Source: Deltaproteobacteria bacterium TL4 (GTDB taxonomy: Bacteria > SAR324 > NAC60-12). From it: a stretch of 35,763 bases of DNA. The position numbers and the translations under genes are program-made. The stretch is from contig JBBCAX010000054.1 in assembly GCA_051382335.1 (NCBI GenBank), positions 1-35,763 on the forward strand, read 5' to 3'. Under the pieces are notes generated by a model. The model was not told where the DNA came from. It saw only the letters and a program-made list of their open reading frames with translations, and did not search any database. This document shows positions 1 to 10,834 of the stretch, piece by piece; positions within the stretch are counted from its first letter, which is position 1, and every line of letters begins with the position of its first letter.

Positions 1-106
1 TATTACGAAAGTTGATTTTAAAACAAAGAAAAAACAAAAAAATATGAAAGAACTGTTTTTTGAGCAAGTTATTAATTTCATTAATAAAATTGCAGCGTAA
101 AAACAT

Positions 107-742
107 TCATGCACGGGTATTGCCCTCAAGGAAAGTCGCCGTTTGTTTGAGAGTTGCCGTCCAGGTTCCCTGAGCGGACCGCACGGTATCGTAAAGTGAG
201 TCTCCCGTTGTGATGTTGTAGGTTCCTTCGATCCGTGTGGGAGAGATAATCGTTCCTGTGAAAGTCCCCCTATGCCCGATAGAGGAACAGCCAAAACCGG
301 AACAATAATCCAGATAGTTGCCGGTAAAGCTGAATGTATTCCCAGACCAGACCAAATCTTCTGTGTTGAGGTTATACGTTTCCTCTTGGATGTGGTATTC
401 CGTGTGGAACGTTCCTGAAGTGGTCCCGGACAGCATCACTTTAAACTGCAAGGAATGGATTGCCCCACCGGCGCCAACATTGAAAGTAAGCATTCCTCCG
501 GACCAGGCTCCTGAAGTGAGTTCTCCGGGATTGTAGACACGGGCCTGAGAACGAGGTTGAGGGAGAGGTAAATCGCTTGGGGCGTCTTGACTTGGCTGAA
601 CTTCGAGGATGGGGGGTGACACTTGAAATTCGGCTTGAGGAAAAGGGCTGGAATCCTTGTTATCTTCTTTGGAACAACCGCCAATCATCAAAGCGATAAG
701 GGCATAAAATAAGACGATGTTTGCAATTCGCTGTTTCTGCAT
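107..742 (-). CDS. Hypothetical lipoprotein
   Basis: 211-aa ORF with a basic N-terminus, a hydrophobic stretch and a lipobox-like IGG-C, then a Pro-rich linker and a beta-rich domain. A G-rich RBS lies upstream. Confidence 0.75.
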   Translation of the reverse strand: MQKQRIANIVLFYALIALMIGGCSKEDNKDSSPFPQAEFQVSPPILEVQPSQDAPSDLPLPQPRSQARVYNPGELTSGAWSGGMLTFNVGAGGAIHSLQFKVMLSGTTSGTFHTEYHIQEETYNLNTEDLVWSGNTFSFTGNYLDYCSGFGCSSIGHRGTFTGTIISPTRIEGTYNITTGDSLYDTVRSAQGTWTATLKQTATFLEGNTRA

Positions 743-1000
743 GAGATTTCCCCCGTTTACAGAATATTCAGAAATTGGTCAACCTGGAATTTTGCTGGAC
801 TGGACTGTATGGGGTCAACCAGAGCCGGTGAAGCCGATCTCAATGGTCTTAAAGAAATGACTTCAGTGATAAGGTCAAAACGTTGCACGGGAATATATTG
901 AACGTCATTGACAGCGGCTCTTTTAGTTCCGATTGAACGAGAAGTCAATCCAAATATGGAGACGATTTTTACGCAGTTACTACTTCTACCCCCAGATCCT

Positions 1001-1474
1001 TTACTTTACCCAGTTCAAAATAGGGACCGTCGAAATAGAATTTTTGGGGCTGCCCTCAATGATTTTGTCGCTATACACAAGGTAGATCAACACGTTTCTT
1101 TTGACATCATGGAAACGGACAACTTGAAGCGTTTTAAAAACAAGTGAGGTTTTTGTGTTAAAGACTTGCTCCCCATCTTTCAGTTGCTTCAAGAATTTTA
1201 TGGGAGCAATCTGACGACAGGCCAGGGAAACCTCTGTTGGGTCTTCAGCAAGCCCTAAAGACCCTTTGATCCCTCCTGTCTTGGCTCGGCTTAGATGACA
1301 ACTGACTCCTTCTACCAAGGGATCGTCAAACGCTTCAATCACTATTTTATGGTTAGCCCCGAGTAATTTGAAGGCGGTACTGACGCTGCCAATTTCCTCT
1401 GCGGAGCCGGTATTTGAAAAAACGGCTATCGCAAAACAAAGGATCAACATATTTATAAATTTCATAGAACTCAC
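1001..1474 (-). CDS. creA: CreA family protein
   Basis: Signal peptide plus CreA motifs IGSVSTAFKLLGANHKIVIEAFDDPLVEGVSCHLSRAKTGG and LVYSDKIIEGSPKNSISTVP. The real start may be a downstream Met. Confidence 0.93.
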   Translation of the reverse strand: MSSMKFINMLILCFAIAVFSNTGSAEEIGSVSTAFKLLGANHKIVIEAFDDPLVEGVSCHLSRAKTGGIKGSLGLAEDPTEVSLACRQIAPIKFLKQLKDGEQVFNTKTSLVFKTLQVVRFHDVKRNVLIYLVYSDKIIEGSPKNSISTVPILNWVK

Positions 1475-1491
1475 CTCTTATAAGAATTGTG

Positions 1492-1614
1492 GGCTATAGT
1501 CATCGTTTCGCCAAAAGGCAGCGATCTTTTGAATCCGGCTTCGACTCCGCTCAGCCTCCGAAACCGTTCCCTGAGCGGAGTCGAAGGGAACCTGGCGAAA
1601 CGATGACTGTGGCC
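1492..1614. mobile_element. MITE-like element with terminal inverted repeats enclosing a REP-like hairpin
   Basis: Outer IR GGCTATAGTCATCGTTTCGCCA (1492-1513) / TGGCGAAACGATGACTGTGGCC (1593-1614). Inner IR CTTCGACTCCGCTCAG / CTGAGCGGAGTCGAAG. Confidence 0.75.
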
Positions 1615-1618
1615 ATAC

Positions 1619-1999
1619 TCACATTAGTTGTTGTTTCAGGTTCATAAGCATTAACTCAAGTTCTGTCATCGTTTTCGCCATCAGCTCTTCTTTTGAGTTC
1701 TGAGCATGCTTGAACATTAATTGAAAGGCTCTAATCTGTCCAATTAAATCACCTTTCTCCAGTCCTTCTTGTCGTCCTTCTTGTCGTCCTTCTTGTCGTC
1801 CTTCTTGTCGTCCTTCTTGTCGTCCTTCTTGTCGTCCTTCTTGTCGTCCTTCTTGTCGTCCTTCTTGTCGTCCTTCTTGTCGTCCTTCAAGACGTAATTG
1901 TTCTGCGGCATTCATAACTTTTTCTCCCAATTCTTTTGAGTGTGCTTCTTGAGCAATCGTTTGTTGAACCTCTTGAAGCGATACGCCTTCAATACTCAT
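1619..1999 (-). pseudogene. Orphan C-terminal tail of an Rpn/YhgA-like (PD-(D/E)XK) protein; possible small ORF from ATG 1915
   Basis: MNAAEQLRLEG(RQEG)n...LEKG tail typical of Rpn C-termini. GGGAG RBS before ATG 1915. No nuclease domain upstream; there is an in-frame stop just beyond the adjacent MITE. Confidence 0.7.
1763..1888. repeat. Perfect 12-bp tandem repeat (TCCTTCTTGTCG) x10.5 encoding EGRQ
   Basis: Read directly from the sequence. Confidence 0.97.
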
Positions 2000-2004
2000 T
2001 AAAT

Positions 2005-2153
2005 GAGTCCCCTCCGAAAAGTCCAAAATTTGGGGAAATCGTTAAATTTAAGGGATCTCGTTACCCCTCAAATTTAAAAAACTTTGCTCTACGTTGATTC
2101 TGTGCAGCCAAAATTTTATAAATTTCTTCAAAAATACTTTTCGGAGGGGACTC
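2005..2153. mobile_element. 149-bp MITE with perfect 18-bp TIR and target duplication
   Basis: GAGTCCCCTCCGAAAAGT (2005-2022) / ACTTTTCGGAGGGGACTC (2136-2153), flanked by direct ATTAAAT (1998-2004, 2154-2160). The exact TIR/TSD boundary is ambiguous. Confidence 0.88.
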
Positions 2154-2355
2154 ATTAAATGAAATTATAAGATTGGAAACATTGGAATGCACACTAAATC
2201 CGGTTTATTTTGAATTGACCGCTGAGACACTGTAAAGTCTCTAAACGACTTAAGTCGGACATAGACACTATGTATTAGGGAGTGCCATCTCATCTTTCAG
2301 TGTTATAACCACTTACCTGTAGCCACCTATCATAAACTTGAGGCAATGGCTACAG

Positions 2356-2496
2356 TAGTCAATCACTGTCGCAAAGTTCAAAGCTGTAAGGCGAGTACTG
2401 CCAACCAACGTAAAAACTGCGATAAAATCAAAGCACCTTCTTTTGTGGAACTATGCCCGCGCTACGATTTTTCTATTTGGCGACGGGGATTGACTA
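2356..2496. mobile_element. 141-bp TA-ended MITE (IS630-like by inference)
   Basis: TAGTCAATCACTGTCGCAAA (from 2356) pairs imperfectly with TTTGGCGACGGGGATTGACTA (2476-2496). Confidence 0.65.
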
Positions 2497-2706
2497 ACAC
2501 AAATCCAAAGAAAAATCCCATTGGATTGCGTCTTGGTCTTGAACTTCTGATGCAGGAATAACCCTCGGCATATCGCAACCCCGATTTCCTGGATCAATCT
2601 CCATCACCATCAAAGGTTGCTTTGCGTCAAAAACATCCGTGACAGGAACATAGTACGTCCGTGTGGAAACTTCTCTTTGAATCTCAATATTCTTATCTTT
2701 TGACAT
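2494..2706 (-). pseudogene. Truncated Hsp20/alpha-crystallin-like remnant
   Basis: Good RBS (GGGGAG) and ATG 2706. TRTYYVPVTDVFDAKQPLMVMEI resembles the start of the Hsp20 domain, then similarity is lost. The stop codon is supplied by the MITE end. Confidence 0.5.
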
Positions 2707-2948
2707 TTTTACTCCCCTGTTCAATGGCTGAGAACCAAAAGGACAGCAACTTGAAAAAGTCCTGTCCTACAGCCTGATTTTCACCTCTGAGTACCAAGTC
2801 TATTTCGGGCACTAATACAAAAGAACACGGGAAATTTTTTTCAGCACTCTCCCCTTTTGACCATAACTGATTCCCCTATGGAATGAGAATTAAATAACTT
2901 CCCCATTTGCTCTGGCCCTTGATTTTACCGGGATTTCACGATGGAGTA

Positions 2949-3013
2949 GGAGTGCAAAAGCTTGCTTTTGCCCAACGCAGGTTCTTTCTGGCAAAAGCAA
3001 GCTTTTGCACTCC
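2949..3013. repeat. REP-like palindrome (GGAGTGCAAAAGCTTGCTTTTGCC family)
   Basis: Long inverted repeat preceded by GTAG. A related copy lies at 20671-20748. Confidence 0.8.
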
Positions 3014-3405
3014 ATTCATTGTCCATCGCAGGCACCTAAACAAAAAAAAGGCCATGTGTCTCAAGAGGGAAGTTATTTACTTCTCATTACATATTGATCG
3101 TTATGTAAAATTTTATAGGAATCAAGCTAAAATTTAACTCATACAATTCTGTTTACTTTTCTTGTGAGGGAGGGTTGTTTGAAGTATTAAGGAAGGCGTC
3201 TGTGATCATGTGGTTACTTTGTCAGGATGTTGGTCTTGATTAAGTAAGTGACTTTAGCCAAGAGGAACGTATAGAATCATAGCAGACCTCATAAGAGATT
3301 TGAGTTTTGAATAAGTTTAGTATACAGTCGCCTGATCTTCAACTGACACACTTAAGAATACATGAACTCATAGCAGCGATATCCGTTATCAAAAAGGGAA
3401 AAAAC

Positions 3406-4428
3406 ATGTTGGAAGAACTTGAAAAAATTAAAGAAAAAGCAACTCAGGAATTGAAGCAATTGACACACCCCGATCAATTTCCTCAGTGGTTCCGTTCTTA
3501 TCTGGGAAAAAAGGGGGAGATTACCCAAATGTTAAAAGATGTTGGCAATCTCCCCTCCAAAGAACGTCCGGCTTTAGGAAAGGCCATCAATGAGGCGAAA
3601 CAAGACTTAAGCGCACGGTTTGAACAGCGGCAACTTGAAGTTGGAAACAGTCAACTCGAACAAAAACTGAAAGAAGATGATCTTGATGTTTCACTCCCAG
3701 GGCGTCCCTGTTCTTCAGGTCATTTGCATTTAACCACTCAAACACTGCGTAATATTTATCGTATTTTTCAAGAAATGGGTTTTCAGATTTACGAAGCCCC
3801 CGATGTTGAAACCGATAAAAATAATTTCCAGCTTTTAAACATTCCGGCGTACCACCCGGCACGTGATATGTGGGATACTTTTTGGATTAATGAAGAAGTC
3901 GTGATGAGGACACATACGTCTCCGGGACAAATTAGAGTCATGCATGAATCTTTTCCTAATCCCATTCGTGTGATTCTACCAGGTAAATGCTACCGTTTTG
4001 AACAAATCACACCTCGTTCGGAACATCAATTTTATCAGGTGGAAGGCTTAGCGATAGGTCATAACATCGGGATGACGGATCTGATTGGAGTCATGACTGA
4101 ATTTGCCAAGAAAATGTATGGTCCTGAACGGAAAACACGGATACGTGGAAGCTATTTTCCTTTCACAGAGCCTAGCATTGAGATCGATATGGACTGTATC
4201 TTATGTGAAGCAAAAGGATGTCGAGTTTGTAAACATACAGGTTGGCTTGAAGTCGGTGGTGCCGGGATGGTGCATCCTGTAGTTTTGCAGAATGGAGGGT
4301 ATGATCCTGAAAAATGGTCAGGATTTGCCTTTGGTATGGGAGTCGAACGACCAGCAATGCTAAAGCATGGTATTCATGATATCCGTTATTTCTATAGTAA
4401 TAATTTATCCTTTTTACAACAGTATTAA
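3406..4428 (+). CDS. pheS: Phenylalanine--tRNA ligase alpha subunit
   Basis: Motifs HPARDMWDTF, RTHTSPGQIR, FYQVEGL, YFPFTEPS, GFAFGMGVER. ATG 3406 follows AAAGGGA. Confidence 0.98.
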   Translation: MLEELEKIKEKATQELKQLTHPDQFPQWFRSYLGKKGEITQMLKDVGNLPSKERPALGKAINEAKQDLSARFEQRQLEVGNSQLEQKLKEDDLDVSLPGRPCSSGHLHLTTQTLRNIYRIFQEMGFQIYEAPDVETDKNNFQLLNIPAYHPARDMWDTFWINEEVVMRTHTSPGQIRVMHESFPNPIRVILPGKCYRFEQITPRSEHQFYQVEGLAIGHNIGMTDLIGVMTEFAKKMYGPERKTRIRGSYFPFTEPSIEIDMDCILCEAKGCRVCKHTGWLEVGGAGMVHPVVLQNGGYDPEKWSGFAFGMGVERPAMLKHGIHDIRYFYSNNLSFLQQY

Positions 4429-4433
4429 CTAAA

Positions 4434-4599
4434 TTAACACCAGTCCTGGATGAGTCTTACTCCTTCCGTCCCTGATACGACCCCCCCTCTCAGGAGGGGA
4501 ATTGCTTCGGTTGTTTACTATTTTGCAGTAGAACTTCTCCCTCACAAAGGGGGACGAAGGATGGAGCGTGTGAAATAGATAATCTGGAACTCATGTTAA
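4434..4599. mobile_element. Degenerate TTAA-ended MITE enclosing a REP-like hairpin pair
   Basis: Imperfect IR TTAACACCAGTCCTGGAT / ATCTGGAACTCATGTTAA. Internal CCCCTCTCAGGAGGGG and CCCTCACAAAGGGG hairpins. Confidence 0.45.
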
Positions 4600-4762
4600 G
4601 TATTGTTTTGAAAAAGAGCTTTACCCATAGCGGCTAGACGGTGGATGGGGCTGAAACTTCTGCGCTTTTTTAAACACTTTTAGAGATGAGTGTCGACACG
4701 CCGCAATCCGGATCGTTGTCCATTCACCTCTGGATTATTAACATTCATATAAAGGGAAGAGT

Positions 4763-5515
4763 ATGTCAGGACATAGTAAATGGAGTTCAATAAAGCACCG
4801 TAAAGGGGCCCAAGATGCGAAACGCGGTAAAATGTTCACAAAATTGATCAGGGAGATCACCATTGCGGCAAGAATTGGCGGCGGCGATATCAGTGCCAAT
4901 CCTCGTCTTCGATCTGCGGTTCTCGCGGCAAAAGCGAGTAGTATGCCGAAAGACAACATAGAAAAGGCCATCAAAAAGGGAACAGGCGACTTAGAAGGCG
5001 AAAGCTATGAAGAAATCCTCTATGAAGGCTATGGACCTGAAAACGTTGCAATTATTGTAGAAGCCATGACGGATAATCGAAACCGCACGACCGCTTCAAT
5101 CAGAAACGCTTTTAACAAAACAGGCGGTAATTTAGGGACCAGTAATTCTGTTCAATATATGTTTAATCGGCTTGGATTGATTCGCATTGATAAATCACTC
5201 ATCAAGGAGGATGACTTACTGGAGATTGTTTTGGAAGCCGGTGCAAACGATATCAACGCTGAAGATCCTGAATCGTATGAAGTCATCACCGCCCTCACTG
5301 AATTTGCGAAAGTACAACAGGACTTGGAAGAAAAAGACTTGGAATTGAGCAGTGCTGAGCTTTCATGGGTTCCACAAAATCGTATCGAAATTGATACGCT
5401 CCATAAAGCAGAGAAAGTTATCAGGTTGATTGATATGCTTGAAGATGATGACGATGTTCAAAAGGTGTACTCCAATTTTGACATAACAGACGAGGTCTTG
5501 GAGCAATTGTCTTGA
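4763..5515 (+). CDS. yebC: YebC/PmpR family DNA-binding regulator
   Basis: MSGHSKWSSIKHRKGAQDAKRGK, YEGYGP, TDNRNRT, LEDDDDVQKVYSN. Confidence 0.98.
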   Translation: MSGHSKWSSIKHRKGAQDAKRGKMFTKLIREITIAARIGGGDISANPRLRSAVLAAKASSMPKDNIEKAIKKGTGDLEGESYEEILYEGYGPENVAIIVEAMTDNRNRTTASIRNAFNKTGGNLGTSNSVQYMFNRLGLIRIDKSLIKEDDLLEIVLEAGANDINAEDPESYEVITALTEFAKVQQDLEEKDLELSSAELSWVPQNRIEIDTLHKAEKVIRLIDMLEDDDDVQKVYSNFDITDEVLEQLS

Positions 5516-5553
5516 ACGCCTGCAGTTCGTTACAATGAAAGCCTCTGTTTTTT

Positions 5554-6309
5554 TCAGCTAAAAAGTGCGATCAAACGTTCAGACTCCAGTTGTTTGAATT
5601 GAATCAAAACCGCTGGAGTTTGACAATGCATGTTGAAATGCGCTTTCTGCTGTCTTGAGTGCTCCATTGCAATCAACAAGGTTCCGCCTCGTACTTCCAT
5701 TTCCTGCCACGATTCCGCCGCAAGTTTCACACAGGCCTTCAAACCGGTGTCTTCTTCAACAGTTAACTGGCATTTTTTTGTCGCCAATAATCCCCTGCAC
5801 CCCATAGGACGAACCCGATAAACGCCGCAATTACCTGAAGAACGAATTAAAAAAGGGCACGGTCTAAAACCGGATTGACTGAAATCAGGTTCGTTTTCAA
5901 TTTGCTGCAACAAACTCTGTCTTGTTTCAGATAGCATTTGATGACGGATATAGTGAATTATTACCTCAAACTCAATACCGGTGGCGTCCATTTCCGTGTA
6001 ATAACAACAGGCGCTACACCCCGAAGAACACGCAACTTTCTTTGCATTTCTTTGCATTTTTTCGAGTGTCTTTTGTGAGACCTGGTCACATAAAGAGTGG
6101 ACTAACGCGACCAGTCTGTTCTGATGGGGATACGCCTCCTCAGAAAGAGCAAGAGCCTGGGCTTTGAATTGATTCAGAAACTTTGGAGTACTAGTACGTT
6201 TCGTTGCCGTTTCTGTTTCGGCATGAAGCTCGTTCTTTTGAATGGCAAGGCTGCCTTCCATCATTTCAAAACGAAATAAAGAACGTTTGTTTTTTGTTTT
6301 TTTCGTCAT
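5554..6309 (-). CDS. YkgJ/FliB-like CxxCxxCC zinc/iron-chelating domain protein
   Basis: ACSSGCSACC, PCPFL and CGVYRVRPMGCR motifs. Start overlaps the upstream stop by 4 bp. Confidence 0.88.
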   Translation of the reverse strand: MTKKTKNKRSLFRFEMMEGSLAIQKNELHAETETATKRTSTPKFLNQFKAQALALSEEAYPHQNRLVALVHSLCDQVSQKTLEKMQRNAKKVACSSGCSACCYYTEMDATGIEFEVIIHYIRHQMLSETRQSLLQQIENEPDFSQSGFRPCPFLIRSSGNCGVYRVRPMGCRGLLATKKCQLTVEEDTGLKACVKLAAESWQEMEVRGGTLLIAMEHSRQQKAHFNMHCQTPAVLIQFKQLESERLIALFS

Positions 6310-7073
6310 AGCGGTGATCCCTTGAAATTGAGTTTTGCCAGGGTACCCCTGTCATCGATTTGAAGCACAACCCGTTGCGATAACCAGTCAGGAACAACCG
6401 AGAGCACACTTGGAAAATCGGGGAGTGTGATGGTCCTGTCGGTATGAAAATGCCCTATAAAAAAATGATCAACCTGTGGTAAAACCTGTCTTGCATACTC
6501 GATCATTTCTTCCTCAGGAAATGACATTTTGTAAGTCTGATTGGTTCCTGCCAATAAGGCTTCAACTTTAAGTGAGATTTTATTGGCCAAAAGGGCAGGC
6601 ATTACACGAAAAGCCCACTCAAACGGCAAACTATGTGAAAAGGCTTTCCAACGCAAATAGTTTGAATCTTTGCGGTTAATGGCATCTCCATGAGCAAAGC
6701 CGTAGAGCCGGGTTCCCCACTGCAAATAACAATCATGGTGAAACAGATGTGTAAAAGGAAAATAGTTTTTCCCGTGTGCAGAGTAACTACGGGGAAGCAG
6801 CAGTTCTCGATTTCCAACCACAAAAATCACCTGGACTCCTTTTTGCCGTAATTGTTGAAAAGCCTCCATCACCTTGCGATGAAAAGGAGACCAAAACTGA
6901 GGCAGGGCCAGCCATACCTTAAATAAATCACCTAAACATATCAAAGTGTGAGGATCTTCTAAATGGTCCAGCATTTCGATAAATTCTTCATAAGGAGCAA
7001 GTTCTTGATCTAAATGAGAATCGGAAACAATGTACAAATAGCCTTCAGGATGATCAATATTTATCGTTTTCAT
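6306..7073 (-). CDS. lpxH: LpxH-like UDP-2,3-diacylglucosamine diphosphatase (metallophosphoesterase)
   Basis: SDSHL, LGDLF, GNRE, HGD and GHFH metallophosphoesterase motifs. The GNR variant is typical of LpxH. Confidence 0.75.
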   Translation of the reverse strand: MKTINIDHPEGYLYIVSDSHLDQELAPYEEFIEMLDHLEDPHTLICLGDLFKVWLALPQFWSPFHRKVMEAFQQLRQKGVQVIFVVGNRELLLPRSYSAHGKNYFPFTHLFHHDCYLQWGTRLYGFAHGDAINRKDSNYLRWKAFSHSLPFEWAFRVMPALLANKISLKVEALLAGTNQTYKMSFPEEEMIEYARQVLPQVDHFFIGHFHTDRTITLPDFPSVLSVVPDWLSQRVVLQIDDRGTLAKLNFKGSPL

Positions 7074-7363
7074 GAGGTTTAAAGTAATGAAGTTTGGTTA
7101 CAGAGTCAAAACAACTCACCATGGATTGCTTTAGAGCCATGCTAATCAATAACACAGGTTTTAGAGAAACCGCAAACATTCTTCTTGTAACTTTTCTCCC
7201 ATTCACTATCCTCACCTTAAGTTATGGAGCTTATTCTTGACTCGGGATCGTTTAAACTGTAACAACACCAAGAGCCTTGCTCCATAAACAAAGTCGTATT
7301 TTTCCGCGATCATTTCCCGGAAATTATCGAGATGATAACAAACTTATTTGGTCAGTGTTGAAC

Positions 7364-8704
7364 ATGAACAGAGGTGTATTTCATATTTTAGTTGTAGATG
7401 ATGATGACACCATCTTGTATTTGATGGATAAAATGTTGACCGGAGCAGGTCATCATTGTGCGCTTTCATCAAATCCGTTGGAAGCTCTGGAGCTTTTCGA
7501 AGAACATCCCTTTGACTTGGTGCTGACCGATATCATGATGCCTCAAATGAATGGTTTGGACTTCCTGAAACGTGTCGTCGCGTTCAAGCCGCATGTCCCT
7601 GTTATTATAATGACAGGCGACCCCAATTTACCCTGTGTCAAACTCGCCTTGAAAGAAGGAGCCCTGGACTTCCTGGAAAAACCTTTTGACCTGGAAAAAA
7701 TAGTCGATATCATCTCCCGTTTTGCATCGAAACGACTTTCAAGTCGAACAGTTAGTCTTCGTAACAAAGAGTTACTCTTCATTTCCCCAAAACTCAAAAA
7801 AGAAAGAGAATTGAATCGGGCGCTACAAGCGACAGGAGGAAACTTAACGAAGAGGGAATCGGAACAAGAGGCCTTGGCCGCTTTACCCTCAACCCCATGC
7901 CACCTGGTTATCAATTCCTTGGACTCCAATATTCCTGATCTGGAATTCTATTCCAAATTTCATGAGATCTCTCCGCAAAGTCGAATTGTCAGTGTGATGG
8001 AAACTTATAATGTGGAACAATTGACTTCCTTGATGGAAGTTCCTCATCTGGATGCGGTAGTAATCAAAAATAATTCTTTTTCTGAAGCGGAATTCATTGT
8101 TGGTCTGAGAAAACTATTCAGCCGGGATATTTTCGGTTTGGAAAAATACCTTCGATGGGGATTTGAACCCATTCAGCATATCACTAAACATACCGATGAT
8201 CGATTTCGGTTTATTGAAAAAATGTCGGAGTACTTGCAATCCTTAAAAGTTTCCAACCAGTTCATCTCCCGCTTGGAGAACGTTGCCGATGAGTTCCTGA
8301 CTAATGCTCTGTATAACGCCCCTGTTGGTGAGGATGGTAAGGCTCTGTACCGTGAAGTGGAACGAACAGCAGGGCGACCTTGCACTGAACGGGAGAAAAC
8401 CGTCTTGTCCTATGCTTATGATGGCAATTACTTTGGAATTTCGATTGAAGACAATTACGGAACCTTAACCAAAAAAGATATTTTCGAAGGGCTTAAACGT
8501 TGTCTGGACGAACAAGGAAACCCTTCCCAGAAAAGTGGAGGCGCAGGTTTGGGGTTGTACCTGTCTTTCCTGATCTTGAACAAACTCATCATTAATATTC
8601 GTCCCGGTAAAAAAACCGAGATGATTGGACTCTGTGATATTCGTTCTACAGTTAAGGACTTTAACCTTTTGGATAAATCCTTATCTATCTTTGTGGAGGC
8701 CTAG
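7364..8704 (+). CDS. Response regulator: REC, degenerate REC-like region, GHKL/HATPase-like domain
   Basis: ILVVDDD, DLVLTDIMMPQMNG, FLEKPFD. C-terminal DEFLTNALYNAP, IEDNYG, GGAGLGLYL. ATG 7364 is preferred to TTG 7277. Confidence 0.88.
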   Translation: MNRGVFHILVVDDDDTILYLMDKMLTGAGHHCALSSNPLEALELFEEHPFDLVLTDIMMPQMNGLDFLKRVVAFKPHVPVIIMTGDPNLPCVKLALKEGALDFLEKPFDLEKIVDIISRFASKRLSSRTVSLRNKELLFISPKLKKERELNRALQATGGNLTKRESEQEALAALPSTPCHLVINSLDSNIPDLEFYSKFHEISPQSRIVSVMETYNVEQLTSLMEVPHLDAVVIKNNSFSEAEFIVGLRKLFSRDIFGLEKYLRWGFEPIQHITKHTDDRFRFIEKMSEYLQSLKVSNQFISRLENVADEFLTNALYNAPVGEDGKALYREVERTAGRPCTEREKTVLSYAYDGNYFGISIEDNYGTLTKKDIFEGLKRCLDEQGNPSQKSGGAGLGLYLSFLILNKLIINIRPGKKTEMIGLCDIRSTVKDFNLLDKSLSIFVEA

Positions 8705-9502
8705 ATGAAGATAGCTCTGATTGGGGGGGGGACTATGGGAAGTTCCATGGCACGCGCCTTCATTCAAAAAAAAAGAACAACTTCCGAATCGTTACTCATT
8801 GTTGAAGTGGATTCGTCTAAACGTGACATTCTTGCCTCAGAACTGAAATGTCATATTCAGGAAAGCCTCAGCTCAAACCTTGCTGCCTATGAAACCTTGG
8901 TACTGGCGGTTAAGCCTCAAAATTCCGTTGAAACCCTGAAAGCCTTGTCCACGCAACTCAAACCTCAGCAGTTAGTGTTGTCAATCATGGCAGGGGTTTC
9001 CATCGAAACGTTAATGAAGCACTTAAAGCATCAATCCGTAGTCCGTGTCATGCCCAATACCCCGGCTCAGATCGGTCAAGGCCTGAGTGTTTTTTATGCT
9101 TCGCCTTCAGTCACTCAGGATCAAAGGGAAAGGACTCGCCATCTGTTATCCGCTTGTGGTCTATGCCTGGAGGTTGTCTCCGAAGATGCGATTGATGGGG
9201 CTACCGCCATCTCGGGGAGTGGCCCTGCTTATCTTTTTTATGTTGCAGAACAAATGATCACTGCAGCTCGAGCCTTAAACTTTTCTCAAAGTGATGCCCA
9301 GCAAATGGTTCTCCAAACAATCAAAGGCGCAACCTTGCTCTGGGAACATAAAGCGCTTACTCCTGAAGAATTAAGACATCAAGTCACCTCCCCCGGTGGA
9401 ACGACAGAAGCCGCCGTTCGTTATTTTGAATTAAATCAGCTTGGTACTCATCTTCAAAAGGGAATTCAATGCGCCTATCAACGTGCTAAAGAATTAGCGT
9501 AA
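8705..9502 (+). CDS. proC: Pyrroline-5-carboxylate reductase
   Basis: IGGGTMG, LAVKPQ, RVMPNTPA, SGSGPAY, VTSPGGTT. Confidence 0.97.
   Translation: MKIALIGGGTMGSSMARAFIQKKRTTSESLLIVEVDSSKRDILASELKCHIQESLSSNLAAYETLVLAVKPQNSVETLKALSTQLKPQQLVLSIMAGVSIETLMKHLKHQSVVRVMPNTPAQIGQGLSVFYASPSVTQDQRERTRHLLSACGLCLEVVSEDAIDGATAISGSGPAYLFYVAEQMITAARALNFSQSDAQQMVLQTIKGATLLWEHKALTPEELRHQVTSPGGTTEAAVRYFELNQLGTHLQKGIQCAYQRAKELA

Positions 9503-10834
<1,332 letters not shown>

Noticed and set aside
757..948. 63-aa minus-strand ORF between the lipoprotein and creA
   Set aside because: TTG start without an RBS and no recognisable motif. It could be real but cannot be supported.
3307..3405. N-terminal extension of PheS from TTG 3307
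   Set aside because: ATG 3406 has an RBS and gives the normal PheS length.
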